This document shows, in pieces, positions 1-12,885 of a stretch of DNA of 64,000 nt. The DNA lies in NCBI RefSeq assembly GCF_009914755.1, contig NC_060929.1. One strand, given 5' to 3'. The notes beneath the pieces are model-generated. The model made no database searches, was not told where the DNA came from, and saw nothing but the letters and a program-made list of their open reading frames with translations. Positions within the stretch are counted from its first letter, which is position 1; each line of letters opens with the position of its first letter. Source of the DNA: the human T2T-CHM13v2.0 reference genome, Homo sapiens. The position numbers and the translations under genes are program-made.

Positions 1-206
<206 letters not shown>

Positions 207-324
207 TCAGATTCTTCACTGTTGGCATATATAAATGCTATTAAAACCCACCTAGATACGTAACCTACCTACTAAATTATGAGTTTCACCAATACCAACT
301 CATCCTATATAAAATGATAGGAGA

Positions 325-630
325 GGCTGGACATGGTGGCTCACACCTGTAATCCCAGCACTTTGGGAGGCCAAGGTGAGCAGATCACCTGAGGCCAGGA
401 GTTCGAGAACATCCTGGCCAATATGGTGAAACCCCATCTCTACTAAAAACACAAAAAAGTAGGCGGGCATGGTGGTGCATACCTGTAATCCTAGCTACTC
501 AGGAGGGGGAGGCACGAGAATCGCTTGAACTCAGGAGGCAGAGGTTGCAGTGAGCCCAGATTGCGCCACTGCACTCCAGCCCAGGCAACAAAGCAACACT
601 CTGTCTCAAAAATAAATAAATAAATAAAAA
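325..630 (+). mobile_element. Full-length AluS
   Basis: Dimeric Alu with A-rich linker and (AAAT)n tail; taggaga on both flanks. Confidence 0.93.
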
Positions 631-1163
631 TTAAGTAGGAGAAAGTAAGAGGAAAAAGGGACATGCATATATACATAAAAGCAAGAATATATGCATAGCG
701 TAGCCATTGCTTCTGATTACAGGCTATAGCTGGTTACAGGCTACAGTTGATATTTACTCCTTCCTTCTCCTACTAGGAAATCCTTATTTTCTTTAGCTAG
801 CATCTCAGCTGGTTAGAATTCTTTATTTAATGAAGTAATCAACAATCTCTACTCCTGAAGAAGTCTGCTTTTAGACCTAGTGATGTAAACAGAGATCTGA
901 AATAAGAAAATATAAATGAAAATAGACCTACTGATGGTACAGCTCATGGGTGCAAGACATCTTCTGATAAGATTCATACATGCATTGATATTCCTATAGG
1001 TAGAATTACTTGGTTGAGGACTTTGAGTAATCGTAGCTCTCCTGGTTTAGGAGCTGCTGTAAGAATTATATAAGAATCAAAATTTATTTATTTATTTATT
1101 TTTTACCTGCTAGGAGTGCAAGCAAGGAATCAAAATTTAAACCTTTTTAGATCTAAAATTTAG

Positions 1164-2268
1164 ATTTTTGTAGCTATTGTAAATGGAATTGACTTATTTG
1201 ATTCTCTGATTGTTATTGGTGCATAGAGATGCTAAAATGATTTTAACGTGTTGATTTTGTATCCTGTAACTTTACTGAATGTATCAGTTCTAGAAGTTTT
1301 TTGTTGGAGTATTTAGGGGTTTCTATATATAAGATCATATCATCTGTGAACAGGATAATTCTGCGAACAAGGTGAATTTGACTTCTTCCTTTCCAATTTG
1401 GATGCCCTTTATTTCTTTCTTTCCTAATTGCTCTAGCCAGGACTTCCTGTATTACGTTGGGTAACAGTGATGAAAGTGGGCATCCCTGTCTTATTCCAGT
1501 CTTTAGAGGAAAGGCCTTCAGTTTTTCCCCCTTCACTATGATATTAGCCATGGGTTTGTCATAGGTTGCCTTTATTTTGAGATATGTGTATTAGTCTGTT
1601 CTCACACTGCTATAAAGAACTTCCCTGAGACTGGGTAACTTATAAAGGAAAGAGGTTTAATTGATTCACAGTTCAGCATGGCTGGAGAGGCCTCAGAAAA
1701 CTTATAATCATGGTGGAAGGGGAAGCAGGCACCTTCTCAAGGCAGCAGGATAGAGTGTAAGCATGTGCAGGAGGAACTGTCAACCACATAGAAAACCATC
1801 AGATCTTGTCAGAATTCGTTCTTATGCTATCATAAGAATAGAATGGAAGAAACCAGTCACCTCCCTCCCTCAATATGTGGGTATTACAATTCAAGATGAG
1901 ATTTGGGTGGGACACAGAGCCAAACCATATCAATATGTTCCTTTTGTATCCATTTTAGGGTTTTTATCATAAAGGGATGGTTATCAAATGCTTTTCTGTC
2001 ATCTACTGAAATCATCATGTTTTTTCCTTGATTCTGTTAATGTGGTATATTGTGTTTATTTATTTGCATATGTTGAATGGTATTTGCATCCCTATGATGA
2101 ATCCCACTCGATCATGGTGAATGACCTTTTTATTGTGCTGTTGCATTTGGTTTGCTAGTATTTTGTTGAGGATTTTTACCTCTATTTTCATTAGTGATAT
2201 TAGCCTGAAACTGGTGCTTTTGTTGTTGTTGTTGTTATGCCCCTGTCTGCGTTTGGTATCAGGGTAAC
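1164..2268 (-). mobile_element. Old L1 ORF2 reverse-transcriptase fragment, interrupted by a MaLR LTR
   Basis: ORF 1243-1551 (-) reads [20 protein letters not shown]...LFTDDMILY, matching L1 RT motifs (QGCPLSP, FADD-like); frameshifted. Confidence 0.9.
1587..1932 (-). mobile_element. MaLR solo LTR (MSTA/THE1-like)
   Basis: tgtattagtctgttctcacactgctataaag...gggacacagagccaaaccatatca; TG..CA ends and 5-bp TSD ATATG (1582-1586 / 1933-1937). Confidence 0.9.
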
Positions 2269-2559
2269 AGAAGCAACAACTTTTTAAGTGGATTTTTAGG
2301 TGTATTCATAAGAAGGGCCACTTCCATTCTCTCAATCCACAAAACACAGCACCATATACTGTTGCTAGTTCGGAGCATTTACCACATCTCTAGGGCATTG
2401 AAAAAGGTTACCTCTCAGATGGTGCCATCACTAGGTCCACTATGATTTGGATTGAGTCCATAATGCGACTTACCACCTGACTTTCAGCAACCTGCATTGT
2501 CTGATTCTTGGCTACATTAGCCCTGTAGCTATAAGGGATGGGAGAGTCTTCTAGGGTAG

Positions 2560-2873
<314 letters not shown>

Positions 2874-3231
2874 CACGCCAAAATTCTTATGTTGAAGCCT
2901 TAACATCCAATGTGATGGTGTTTGGAGACAGGGCCTTTGGGAGGTAATTAGGTTTAGATGAGGTCATGAGGGTGGGGTCCTCATGATGGGACTGGTGCCC
3001 TCATATGAAGATACAGCAGAGAGCTTGCTTCCTCTTTCTCTCTTCCCTCCATGTGAGGACACAGTGAGAAGGTGGCCATCTGCAAGCCAGGAAGAGAGCC
3101 TCAATGGGGAAATAATTAGCTTGTGTCTTAATCTTAGACTTCCCAGCCCCCAGAACTGTGAGAAATACATTTCTGTTGTGTGAGCCACCTTGTCTATGAT
3201 ATTGTGTTATGGCAGCCCAAGCTGACTGATA
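2874..3231 (+). mobile_element. MaLR LTR (MLT1A-like)
   Basis: gggcctttgggaggtaattaggtttagatgaggtcatgagggtgggg...ccagaactgtgagaaatacatttctgttg...gcagcccaagctgact. Confidence 0.85.
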
Positions 3232-4052
3232 TGCCTTCCTAAGTCCCTGCTCTGACTTGTGAACCACAAATATTTTGAAGCTCCATGGGTTATCATCAGT
3301 TTAGATTCAATGTCTAGTAATCTACCTAAGAATATGGTTCTCTCTTTTCCCCACTGCACACTCTCCCTTATAAGTACCTGCCATTCTCTTTGAAGGGGTA
3401 AAAGGAAAGTTTACTGTACTCACTTGTGGCATGATTGATACATCTTCCCCTTCATCCAGGGGACTCTGGTTCTATAACTGGCCTGTTATCCAGGTAAGGG
3501 AATTGGATGAGGCCATGATTATTCATTGTGATGACAAGTAAAGTCTCTGTTCACCAGACCAGAGTTTGACTATAATGATCTAGTAAAACTTTAGTAGGCT
3601 GCCCATTTATATCAGTTCTAGAGATCTCAAGCTTAGCCACTACAACAATCCCTAGCAGGTCAAACTTTTTTGATTACTATTGTGCCCTTGTTGACCAATA
3701 TAGTAACCAAGCCCACTTCGACTCTATTTGTTCAGTGGTACCAAGGACCCCATTTTAAGGACATTATCTCCCAGTCAACATCGCTGATTCCTCAGGCTTC
3801 TAAACTTTTTCTAGATTATACTAGCAAAGTTCTGGCATTTCAACATAATTTAATGCAGAGTCCTTTGTTGAGCCTAGTTTTCAGTTATTCAAACTGGTGA
3901 ATACTAGTTTGATTAGTATAACATAGTAACATACTGAATCCAGAATCTCTTACAGGAAAAGTCCTATCAATAAAGTCGTCATCGGTCCAACTGAGTTCCT
4001 CCCTCCCTGGTCTAGAACCCTTAGTTCCTAATCTCACACATGAATTAATATG

Positions 4053-4620
4053 AACATATGAAAAAAAGCTCATCATCACTGGTCATTAGAGAAATGCAAA
4101 TCAAAAACACAACAAAATACCATCTCACACCAGTTAGAATGGCGATCATTAAAAAGTCAGGAAACAACAGATGCTGGAGAGGATGTGGAGAAACAGTAAT
4201 GCTTTTACACTGTTGGTGGGAGTGTAAATTAGTTCAACCATTGTGGAAGACAGTGTGGTGATTCCTCAAAGATCTAGAACTAGACATACCATTTGACCTA
4301 GCAATCCCATTACTGGGTATATACCCAAAGGATTATAAATCATTCTACTATAAAGACACATGCAACCTTCACCTCCCGGGTTCAAGCGATTCTCCTGCCT
4401 CAGCCTCCTGAGTAGTTGGGACTATAGGTGTGCACCACCATACAAAGACACCAAAAGCAACAGCAAAAAAGCAAAAATTGACAAGTGGGATCTAATGAAG
4501 CTTAAGAGCTTCTGCATAGCAAAAGAAACTATCAACAGAGTAAACAGACAACTTACAGAATGGGAGAAAATATTTGCAAACTATGCATCAAAGGTCTATC
4601 CAGCATCTCTAAGGAACATA
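4053..4620 (+). mobile_element. Two L1PA-type ORF2 3' fragments separated by an ~80-bp antisense Alu fragment
   Basis: [16 protein letters not shown]...CWRGCGE...[14 protein letters not shown] (4058-4261) and [16 protein letters not shown] (4442-4620) are L1 ORF2 C-terminal peptides; 4361-4441 is Alu. Confidence 0.88.
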
Positions 4621-5461
4621 CAATAAAACTTCCCCGAGTTTTATTAAATGTAAATTAATGGAATCTTACAAATCTTCTGGTGCTTTACTTGTATCTTTCC
4701 AAGTTGGATTTTCTACTTATCTCTTTGGGACATGATGATATTTGACCACTTTTAGGCCTAAAGATAAAGATGAATGAAGTAGGAATGGGACATGATTATA
4801 TTTGCCACCTCCTACCTGGGATGAAATAGTTATAGAGTCTCCAAGCAAAATAGGACTTGCTTTATTAGATGAGGAGGGAGAATTGTTTCTGTAGGAGGGA
4901 GAGCTCAGTGGAATTTGTAGTTTCCAGGTATTTGAATTTATTTGAATCTACCCAAATGTCCCTGTTCAAATTCTCACGATTTCACCTTTTCCTACCAATG
5001 CTTAATCTTCACTTAAGAGATCTGACGTGGCCATGAATTCAACTCACATTAGCATCTGCAACCTGCAGTATCTGATTTTTGGCTACATTAGCACTGTGAC
5101 TGTAAGGGATGGGAGTCTTTTAGGGCAGTCACAGAAGGTGCCTGGTGCTTTGATTGTGACCTGAGATAGAAAACTATGAGATTGTCATTTTCTTTCCTTA
5201 AGCAATTCAGGATAGCTTAAGTGTGGATATATCATAGCTTATATAAACTATGCCCTTAATAATGATTTTTAGCTTCTCCAATAAATTCTTAACTGAGGCC
5301 AGATTTAAGTGACACCAAAGTCTACAATGGTACCACCACTGTGTCTGTCCAGTATGACAAGCAATTCTGTAGACCCTGGGTATGCTAGGGCAGTTAGAGT
5401 TCATCCACGGTGCCTAGTTCCTACTGCATTTGGCCCATCACAGCATATTAAGAGCTGAGAC

Positions 5462-6062
5462 TGTGATGGTTAATTTTAGGTGTCAACTTGACTGGATTAA
5501 GGAATATCTGAGAGAAATGTTAAAGCGTTGTTTCTAGATGTGTGTGTGAGGGCGCTTCCAGAGGAGACTGGTGTGTGAGTTGTTGGACTCGGGGAAGATC
5601 CACCCTTAGTGTGTGTGGGCACCATCCAACTGGCTAGGGGTCTGGATAGAACAAAAAAGGAAGAGAAAAGACAAATTCACTCTCCCTCTTCCTGGAGGTA
5701 GAATACTTTTCTCCTGCCCGTGGACATCAGAACTCTTCCTGCCCTTGGACATCAGAACTCCTGGCTCCGTAGCCTTTGGCCTCCAGGACCTGCACTTGCA
5801 TTCCCCCAGGTTTTCAAGCCTTTGGCTTGGACTGAGATTTACACCATCAGCTTCTCTGTTCTGAGCTTTTCAAACTTGGACTGAGTCATGCTGCCAGCAT
5901 CCCAGGATCTCAAGCTTGCAGTCAGCCTGTTGTGAAACTTCTCAGACTCCATAATCACATGAGCCAATCTTCCTAATAAATCCCCTTTCATATCTTTACA
6001 GATGTCTATCTGTCTCTACGTTCTATTGGTTTCTGTCTCTCTGGAGAACCCTGAATAATTCA
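5462..6062 (+). mobile_element. MLT2-family (ERVL) LTR
   Basis: tgtgatggttaattttaggtgtcaacttgactggattaagg...aataaatcccc...tctctctggagaaccctga. Confidence 0.88.
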
Positions 6063-7765
6063 GAGGCCAAACCAATTTGCTGGAGTGCTGAGGGCTGGGG
6101 AGATGCCTAAGCCTCAGGAGCTCAGAGGACAAGGAGAGCCTTTGTCTCATTGGTCTACATGTCTAAGTGCCTTCCAGCCTTGCAGGGAATCCCCTCGAGG
6201 AGGGGCCAGCTCATTTACATAACAAAAACTGGCAGAATTTAATATGACATCTCCACAGATGTAGTCTTCCTTTAAATTAAAGGCACCAATAAATGTTTGT
6301 AGTCAAGAAGCTCACTGCATTTCAAAGTGAAGCAGTTTGGTCATTACATTCAATTTAAACATCTTGAAATTCAGATTTCTAGGTGATGTGTATTTTTTCA
6401 TATTTTGTATTTTTCACAACTTACTGAGCCCATTTGCTTTCACTTTCTCAAGTGTTTAAAAGTGCATAAAAATCACAAATTTGCCAGTGTCCTATGCCAG
6501 GCTCCTTTACATCTGCTATAATCATTCTTTTGGGCTAAAAATTCTTCTCTGCTCATGTACTTCTAACCTACAATCACTGTGAAGACCAATATACAATTTA
6601 AAAGCCTTGAGGTTCTAAATTAGAATATGCAGTTTATTGTGTGGCTCCAGCTCAGTGCACACTTTTCCACAATTTTGCCCAGAAAACAGATGCCCATTAG
6701 TAGCCTCATCAAGAAGCCCCGCCATTACTGTGACTCTTGGTGTTGGAACAAAATGCATCCAAAGTTTCCTCTGACTTCTAGAAGGAGAGTTTAAAGTAGC
6801 TGCCTCTGAAACTGTTTTAAAATTGTGGCTTGTGTAAGCATTTGGTGAACAAAGCGCTCTTTCTCCAAAAAGGTAGGTGCCAGCCACTTGCTGTCCTCAG
6901 GCTATTCCCGGAGCATCGCCAGGAACATGAAAATGCTCTCATCCACGGCTTAGTGTCATTTAAAGCAAACCTCTCCTCTGAGGAACAGGGCAGATACAAC
7001 CAACTAATCACTGTGGCAGGAGACTTAGAGGCCAAGTGATTAATAAGTAAGGAAGGCAGAATCCCTACCAGTTATTGTTATGAAAAGAAAATTCAGTAAA
7101 AGCAGAGATATTCTGGGTTCTGACCCACCTCTATCCTCTCCTAATTTTAACTACAAGGCAGTCACTCTCTTTAAGCTCCAGCTTTTTCACCAGTAAAATG
7201 ATGGGTCAAATCTTTCCCCCTGCCTTATGAGTCCAGTAAGAGGATAAATCCATGTTGGTAGAGCAATTTGAGGTAAGCTCAAAATATAATCAGATTATCT
7301 GGAAGCCTACATAATGCTTAGTTATAAGCTACATTCATAAATCTCTCAAAATCTCCAAGGGAGGGACACAGTTTGCATATTTAGTATCAACCCAGTGAAT
7401 CAAAGCAGCAGCAGGGATGGAAGGGGCTCCATTTAGAACTCATGACTAAAGCATTTCACTCAACTTCTGATTTCATACCCTTATCAACAAACTGAGGACC
7501 ACAACCTCCACCTTGTCTACTTTCCAGGGCTACTGTAAGGACCCAAATCAGAACAGAATAAGGGAGGTAAAAGCACATGATTAACAAAGCAAAGAGAAAT
7601 ATACACTTCAAAAGCCTTAGATACAAAGAAAACATCATTATAATCTAGTTTATAATCTACAAACTAGAACTTCGGTCTTGGAGTTAAAATAGTTGGGGCT
7701 ACTTCAGCTCCAAGATGGAGGGTTTAGCAGAAGGGGCAGAGTAAAAGCCGAATGGAGCCGCGTAC

Positions 7766-7908
7766 CTGATGGTGGTGCCTTGCAGACGGTCTATCTTCTT
7801 GTTGAGCTCCGCAATGACGCTGTGGAGCTCTGTGATGCGTTCCTCATAGCGAAGCGTCGTTCGCTCCTGGACATCCTCATGCTCTCTCATGAGGTGGGAC
7901 TGCTCGCA
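7766..7908 (-). CDS. MCC: MCC internal coding exon, 143 nt, phase 0/2 (CEQSHLMREHEDVQERTTLRYEERITELHSVIAELNKKIDRLQGTTI+AG)
   Basis: Polypyrimidine acceptor ...tttttcccttattcccAG|TGC and donor ATCAG|GTACGC; CpG-rich relative to flanks; peptide continues ...AKAQ|CEQSHLMRE... as in MCC. Confidence 0.96.
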
Positions 7909-10204
7909 CTGGGAATAAGGGAAAAGGACAGAAGTGCTGATGAATTCATGCACCTACAGGTGGATGATTCCAAGCTTTGTGGCCTTAAACCATTACAACT
8001 GCCAACACTGAGTATGCCCCAAATAAAATGTATGTCAGCTCATCGGCTGGCAATCCCAGGAAACATATCAATGGCTAAATTTTATAATTCCCCCAGTGGA
8101 TACTGGAGTCTTTGCCTTTCTAGCACTCCATCTCTCTTTGGGAAACAGTCCCTTTGCCATTGCACACTGTCCAAGTGGGGCTATTCAAGTCCCCCACTTT
8201 CCCGTAGCCAAGAAACAGGCAAGTGGTCCAAGCTAGATCCATCAGATACCTTCTGCAGGGGATTTCAATCTTGAGCCAATGGATGTAAGGTTGCATGGAG
8301 TTGATTCAGAAAGCCTTGAAGAGCATCTCTCTTAGTTCCTGCTACCTACAGCTCCCTTCCCAAGTTCCTTTATGGCTGTTCAGTTTCCCTTTTTACCAAT
8401 TCACCCCTCCTTTGCTGAAGTTTGTCAGGGTTTGTTTCAGCTATTTTTCAACCAAATAATCCTAAATGGTATAATACCACTTCTTATCTGGATGGATTAT
8501 CTGCAAATTTAATGCTTTCCAATATCATTATCTCCCAGACTACAAGCTCCTGGAAGGCAAGGACTAGGTTTCTCATTATTTAGCCTAGCACCGGCAAATG
8601 GCCTGGTTTACTGTGGGTGATCTAGGAGTGTTATGGAATGAATGGATGACGATATATCATCGTCATGAAAACTGCTTAGCAGAAATAGTGATAAAAGAGG
8701 CAGAGGAGCTTCCCTTGCTCAGCATTTGATGGACTAAGAGGCAGCAGAGTTACAGAAACATTTCTGTAGCCAGAGTTTAAATCCTGAGGAACCTGTTCAC
8801 CTCTCACTTCTCTCCACTGCTCTCAATCCCTTCCAGTCACTGTGCATTTAATTTCATTTACATAATAATAAAATACTCCTCAGTGATGGAACAAGTAGCC
8901 TAGCTTGCGTCCTTGTCTACTACCCTCGGCTTCGATTAATTTCCTGTCAGCAGAGGAACTTTAATTTCATCTTCAACAAGGTTTTCTTAGTGCCAAGAGC
9001 CATATGTGCTTTCCAGCGTTGCAGGTTGGCATCTCCAGTGAGAGTAGGACTTCTCACCCGCTACCTCCCCTGTCCCTCCCTAAATCAGCTAAGCTTCCAA
9101 TGGCATAACCCAGGGCAGGGACAAAAGGCTTTCAACGATAAACTGAACATTATACTAAGCCTAACTCCATACTGAAACAGAAGTACTCAACAAAGAAGTC
9201 TGACAAATAATCTGGTATCAATCATGGTAGGGCCTGCACCTCAACAACAGCTGGATCAGTATTTATGTAACTTCCTGGGGGTTACCTTGGAGCTCCAGAA
9301 ACAAGATTGGAGGCAACAAGGTTGTTGAATGCTTTATCACAGCCTTAGAGGGACACTTTCAGGAAAATACTCATGTGAACTACTACTCTTAGTGACAACC
9401 TGAAACATCAAATAACCTCCACTCCAGGTCAAGCACACAAAAAATAAGCGGGAACAAAGGCAAGGATCAAGGTTGAATGAGGGGCACATCTAGTGGAAGC
9501 TTTCCTAAACAAAGATGCTGCAACCAGCCACAGACACTCTTTCCATGAAGTTAGGCCTTTCTCATCCATGATCCTACATACTTAAGGAAAAGGAGAAGTC
9601 CACAAAAATTACAGGATCTCAAAGGCATTTCTATCAATAAATGAAAGAGCTTCATATTTCTCTGGAACAAACCAAGAACAGAACACTGTTCCTCTCAGAC
9701 CTGCAGCACATCTACAAACTCTTGCTGTTAGCCTCTGTTCCCAACCTCAGAGTGTGTGCGTGTGTTCATGTTGTATGAACATGTACAGATGTAGTGGACA
9801 CTCTCATGCAGGTCACCAGTTCCAGATCTTAGTGTGACTGTAGGATAAAATTCTGTCTCTGACCTGGATCTCATCAATGCTGTGACTCCTATGTTCCCAT
9901 GTTGCTTGTTCCTCCTCTTTTGTTTTCCATATTCCGTCTAGGGCTACAAATTACTGTGAAACATTTCCACTTACACACTCAATGAGCTCTCACTTTCCCT
10001 TATTTCTCTACTCCTTCTTTTTTCTTTGATGTCCTTACAGGTCAACAGGCCACTACCACCACCTGGGCTGACAAGAAACTACAAAGTCCAATGAACAATG
10101 AAGATGTTCAAGGGTTTATATAGAGAAAGGCACACCATCAATAAAAACCACCAAAAGACCACCCTTCAGCATCCCTACTGACTGATATCAACTGCCTAAA
10201 AGAT

Positions 10205-10283
10205 GTAATCCTGGCCAACCAGCAGCCCTCGCTGCTGCTCTGCCTATGGAGTGGCCGTTCTTTTGTTTCTCTAATAAACTTGC

Positions 10284-10285
<2 letters not shown>
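10205..10285 (+). mobile_element. Short ERV1 LTR fragment (MER41-like) ending just after AATAAA
   Basis: caaccagcagccctc..gctgctctgcctatggagt.gcc.ttctttt...aataaacttgctt motif. Confidence 0.6.

Positions 10286-10336
<51 letters not shown>
10286..10336. repeat. (CA)n microsatellite, about 25 units
   Basis: Uninterrupted dinucleotide run. Confidence 0.98.
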
Positions 10337-10340
<4 letters not shown>

Positions 10341-11197
10341 ACCCTGTGGGGCTGCCCAGGATACCAGATGGAGAGGGAGAGCTTGCTCTCTGGTATTGCA
10401 CCATTCTTCCCCTGCCTCTAACTGAGAAGCCTGCCTGGAGGATACCTGCATGAACAAGAGGCAACATGAAGCCTGGTGATTCAGTCAGATGGAATAGGGC
10501 TTGTAGCTAAAGGAAAAAAAGACTCGATGTATATTTGAAGCTCAAGCACTGATTTAGGAGAAGTAACAAGAATATATTAGAGGAAAAAAACCTCCTTTAA
10601 CTAAGGGCAAAGGTATTTAGTTTACATTCCTATATTTTTCCATAAGTTTTAAAAAAAATAGCATACAATGTAGTACTATAATGTAATACTTCCTCTACAC
10701 AGATCAGACATTTCTTAAATGAGACTGTGCTGGGTGCTACAGGGGAGGTGATTACAACACATTTTGAAGGTAACTGTGGTCACAGCTTCCAGTGGACTGA
10801 AAGAATCCCAGACTTCTCTTCTGGAGAACAAGAAACAGGGATACAAGTGGGAAGGTAGGGAGAAGAAGAGATACTAGGATGGCATCCTGGGGATTCTTTC
10901 CCCAGTGAAAAGAGAATACCAGAAAAAAGTTACCAAAACAGACTCCTAGCCGGTGGATGTATCAATGACGGAGAAGCCGCTGCTCAAGGTTCCTCTCTAC
11001 AAATCAACATCCTCTCATTAAACATACTTCACTCATTTGTGCACACTCATTGTATCCAGCCAAAGAGGCTGAAACACTGATCTCAAAGCTTAGTGAAAAT
11101 CCACTGAGCATTTCCAAGCTGCAGTGCAGGGAAAAGCAGAGCAAATCCCACAGGGCAACAACACAGGAGGAAACAAGCCATCACCTGCAAAAGCTGA

Positions 11198-11521
<324 letters not shown>

Positions 11522-11756
11522 AACACCCTTGTTCAACAGCACCCATCCAACTGCTCATGAGTCAACCCTGGGAATGTGGCACTTTAGTGCAGGGAATGTG
11601 GCACTTTAGTGCAGGAAAAGTGGAAGATGAGCAGGTGGCGCCCAGGGCAGACAAAGCCATTCTGTGCACCATTGCTGGCCTTCCTGTCCTGGTGACCTCC
11701 CACACAGGCAGGAGCAGCTTGTTAAAGTGAGGCCCACTTCTGTCACCACACTCTAG

Positions 11757-12111
<355 letters not shown>

Positions 12112-12517
12112 CTGGGAGAGCACTTTTTAACCCAGGATGGTGTGTGGTTTCAGGTGTTCTGTTTAATAAGGACACAGGCTAGGCCAAGCTCAACACTGCA
12201 CCTCTACGTACAAGTCACCTAGGAGTACGTGTTCCTGTAAGGCCTCATTCAGGAAGGTAACACAATGACAACAACCAAACAGGGAAAAGAGGTTCTCTTC
12301 TATAATTACTACTTAACATTTGCATAAGTTTTCCAATTTTTAAGTTAAAAATTTAAGTACGGTATAGACTCTCAAAAAATTGATACAAGACCCACCCATT
12401 TTTTTGTAATTTCCCTAACGCATTTTTTTTTCTGAATACTGTTAATTTCTCCCCATTATTTTCTTATGTACATGATGCTCCATCCACCAGGACCACCATG
12501 TGGTATAACAAATACTC

Positions 12518-12885
12518 CTGTGGCACCAAGCCTCTGGTTTGCCTCCATCCATGCACATGGTAGGATTATGCTCCTCCTGCTTGAAGCTAAATATGGCCAT
12601 GCCACTTATTTTGGCCAATAAGATATAAATGAATATACACCATTTTGCCTAGAAGCCTTTAAGAGCTCCTGTTGGGCTTGCCACATTCCCTTTCCCAGGC
12701 CATGGCCACTAACGACATTCCACATGGTAGAGGCCCTCGGCTTGGAAGCCTGGGTAGGGACAATATAGCACAGAGTCTCCTGCCAGGCCCAGTGAGCTCC
12801 CAGTAGAAAATAAGAAATCAATCTTTGATATCTTAGGCCACTGAAAATTTGAAACTATTTGCTTTCACTGCATAGCTTGACACCA
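12518..12885 (+). mobile_element. Old MaLR LTR (MLT1I/J-like)
   Basis: ggccatgccacttattttggccaat...aggccactgaaaattt...tttgc...gcatagc pattern. Confidence 0.55.

Noticed and set aside
7693-8274. 193-aa plus-strand ORF, the longest in the track
   Set aside because: Antisense shadow of the MCC exon, non-ATG start, no recognisable domain
8645-8665. Short hairpin atgacgat-N5-atcgtcat and similar small palindromes (for example aatatcgatatt near 50822)
   Set aside because: Expected by chance at this window size
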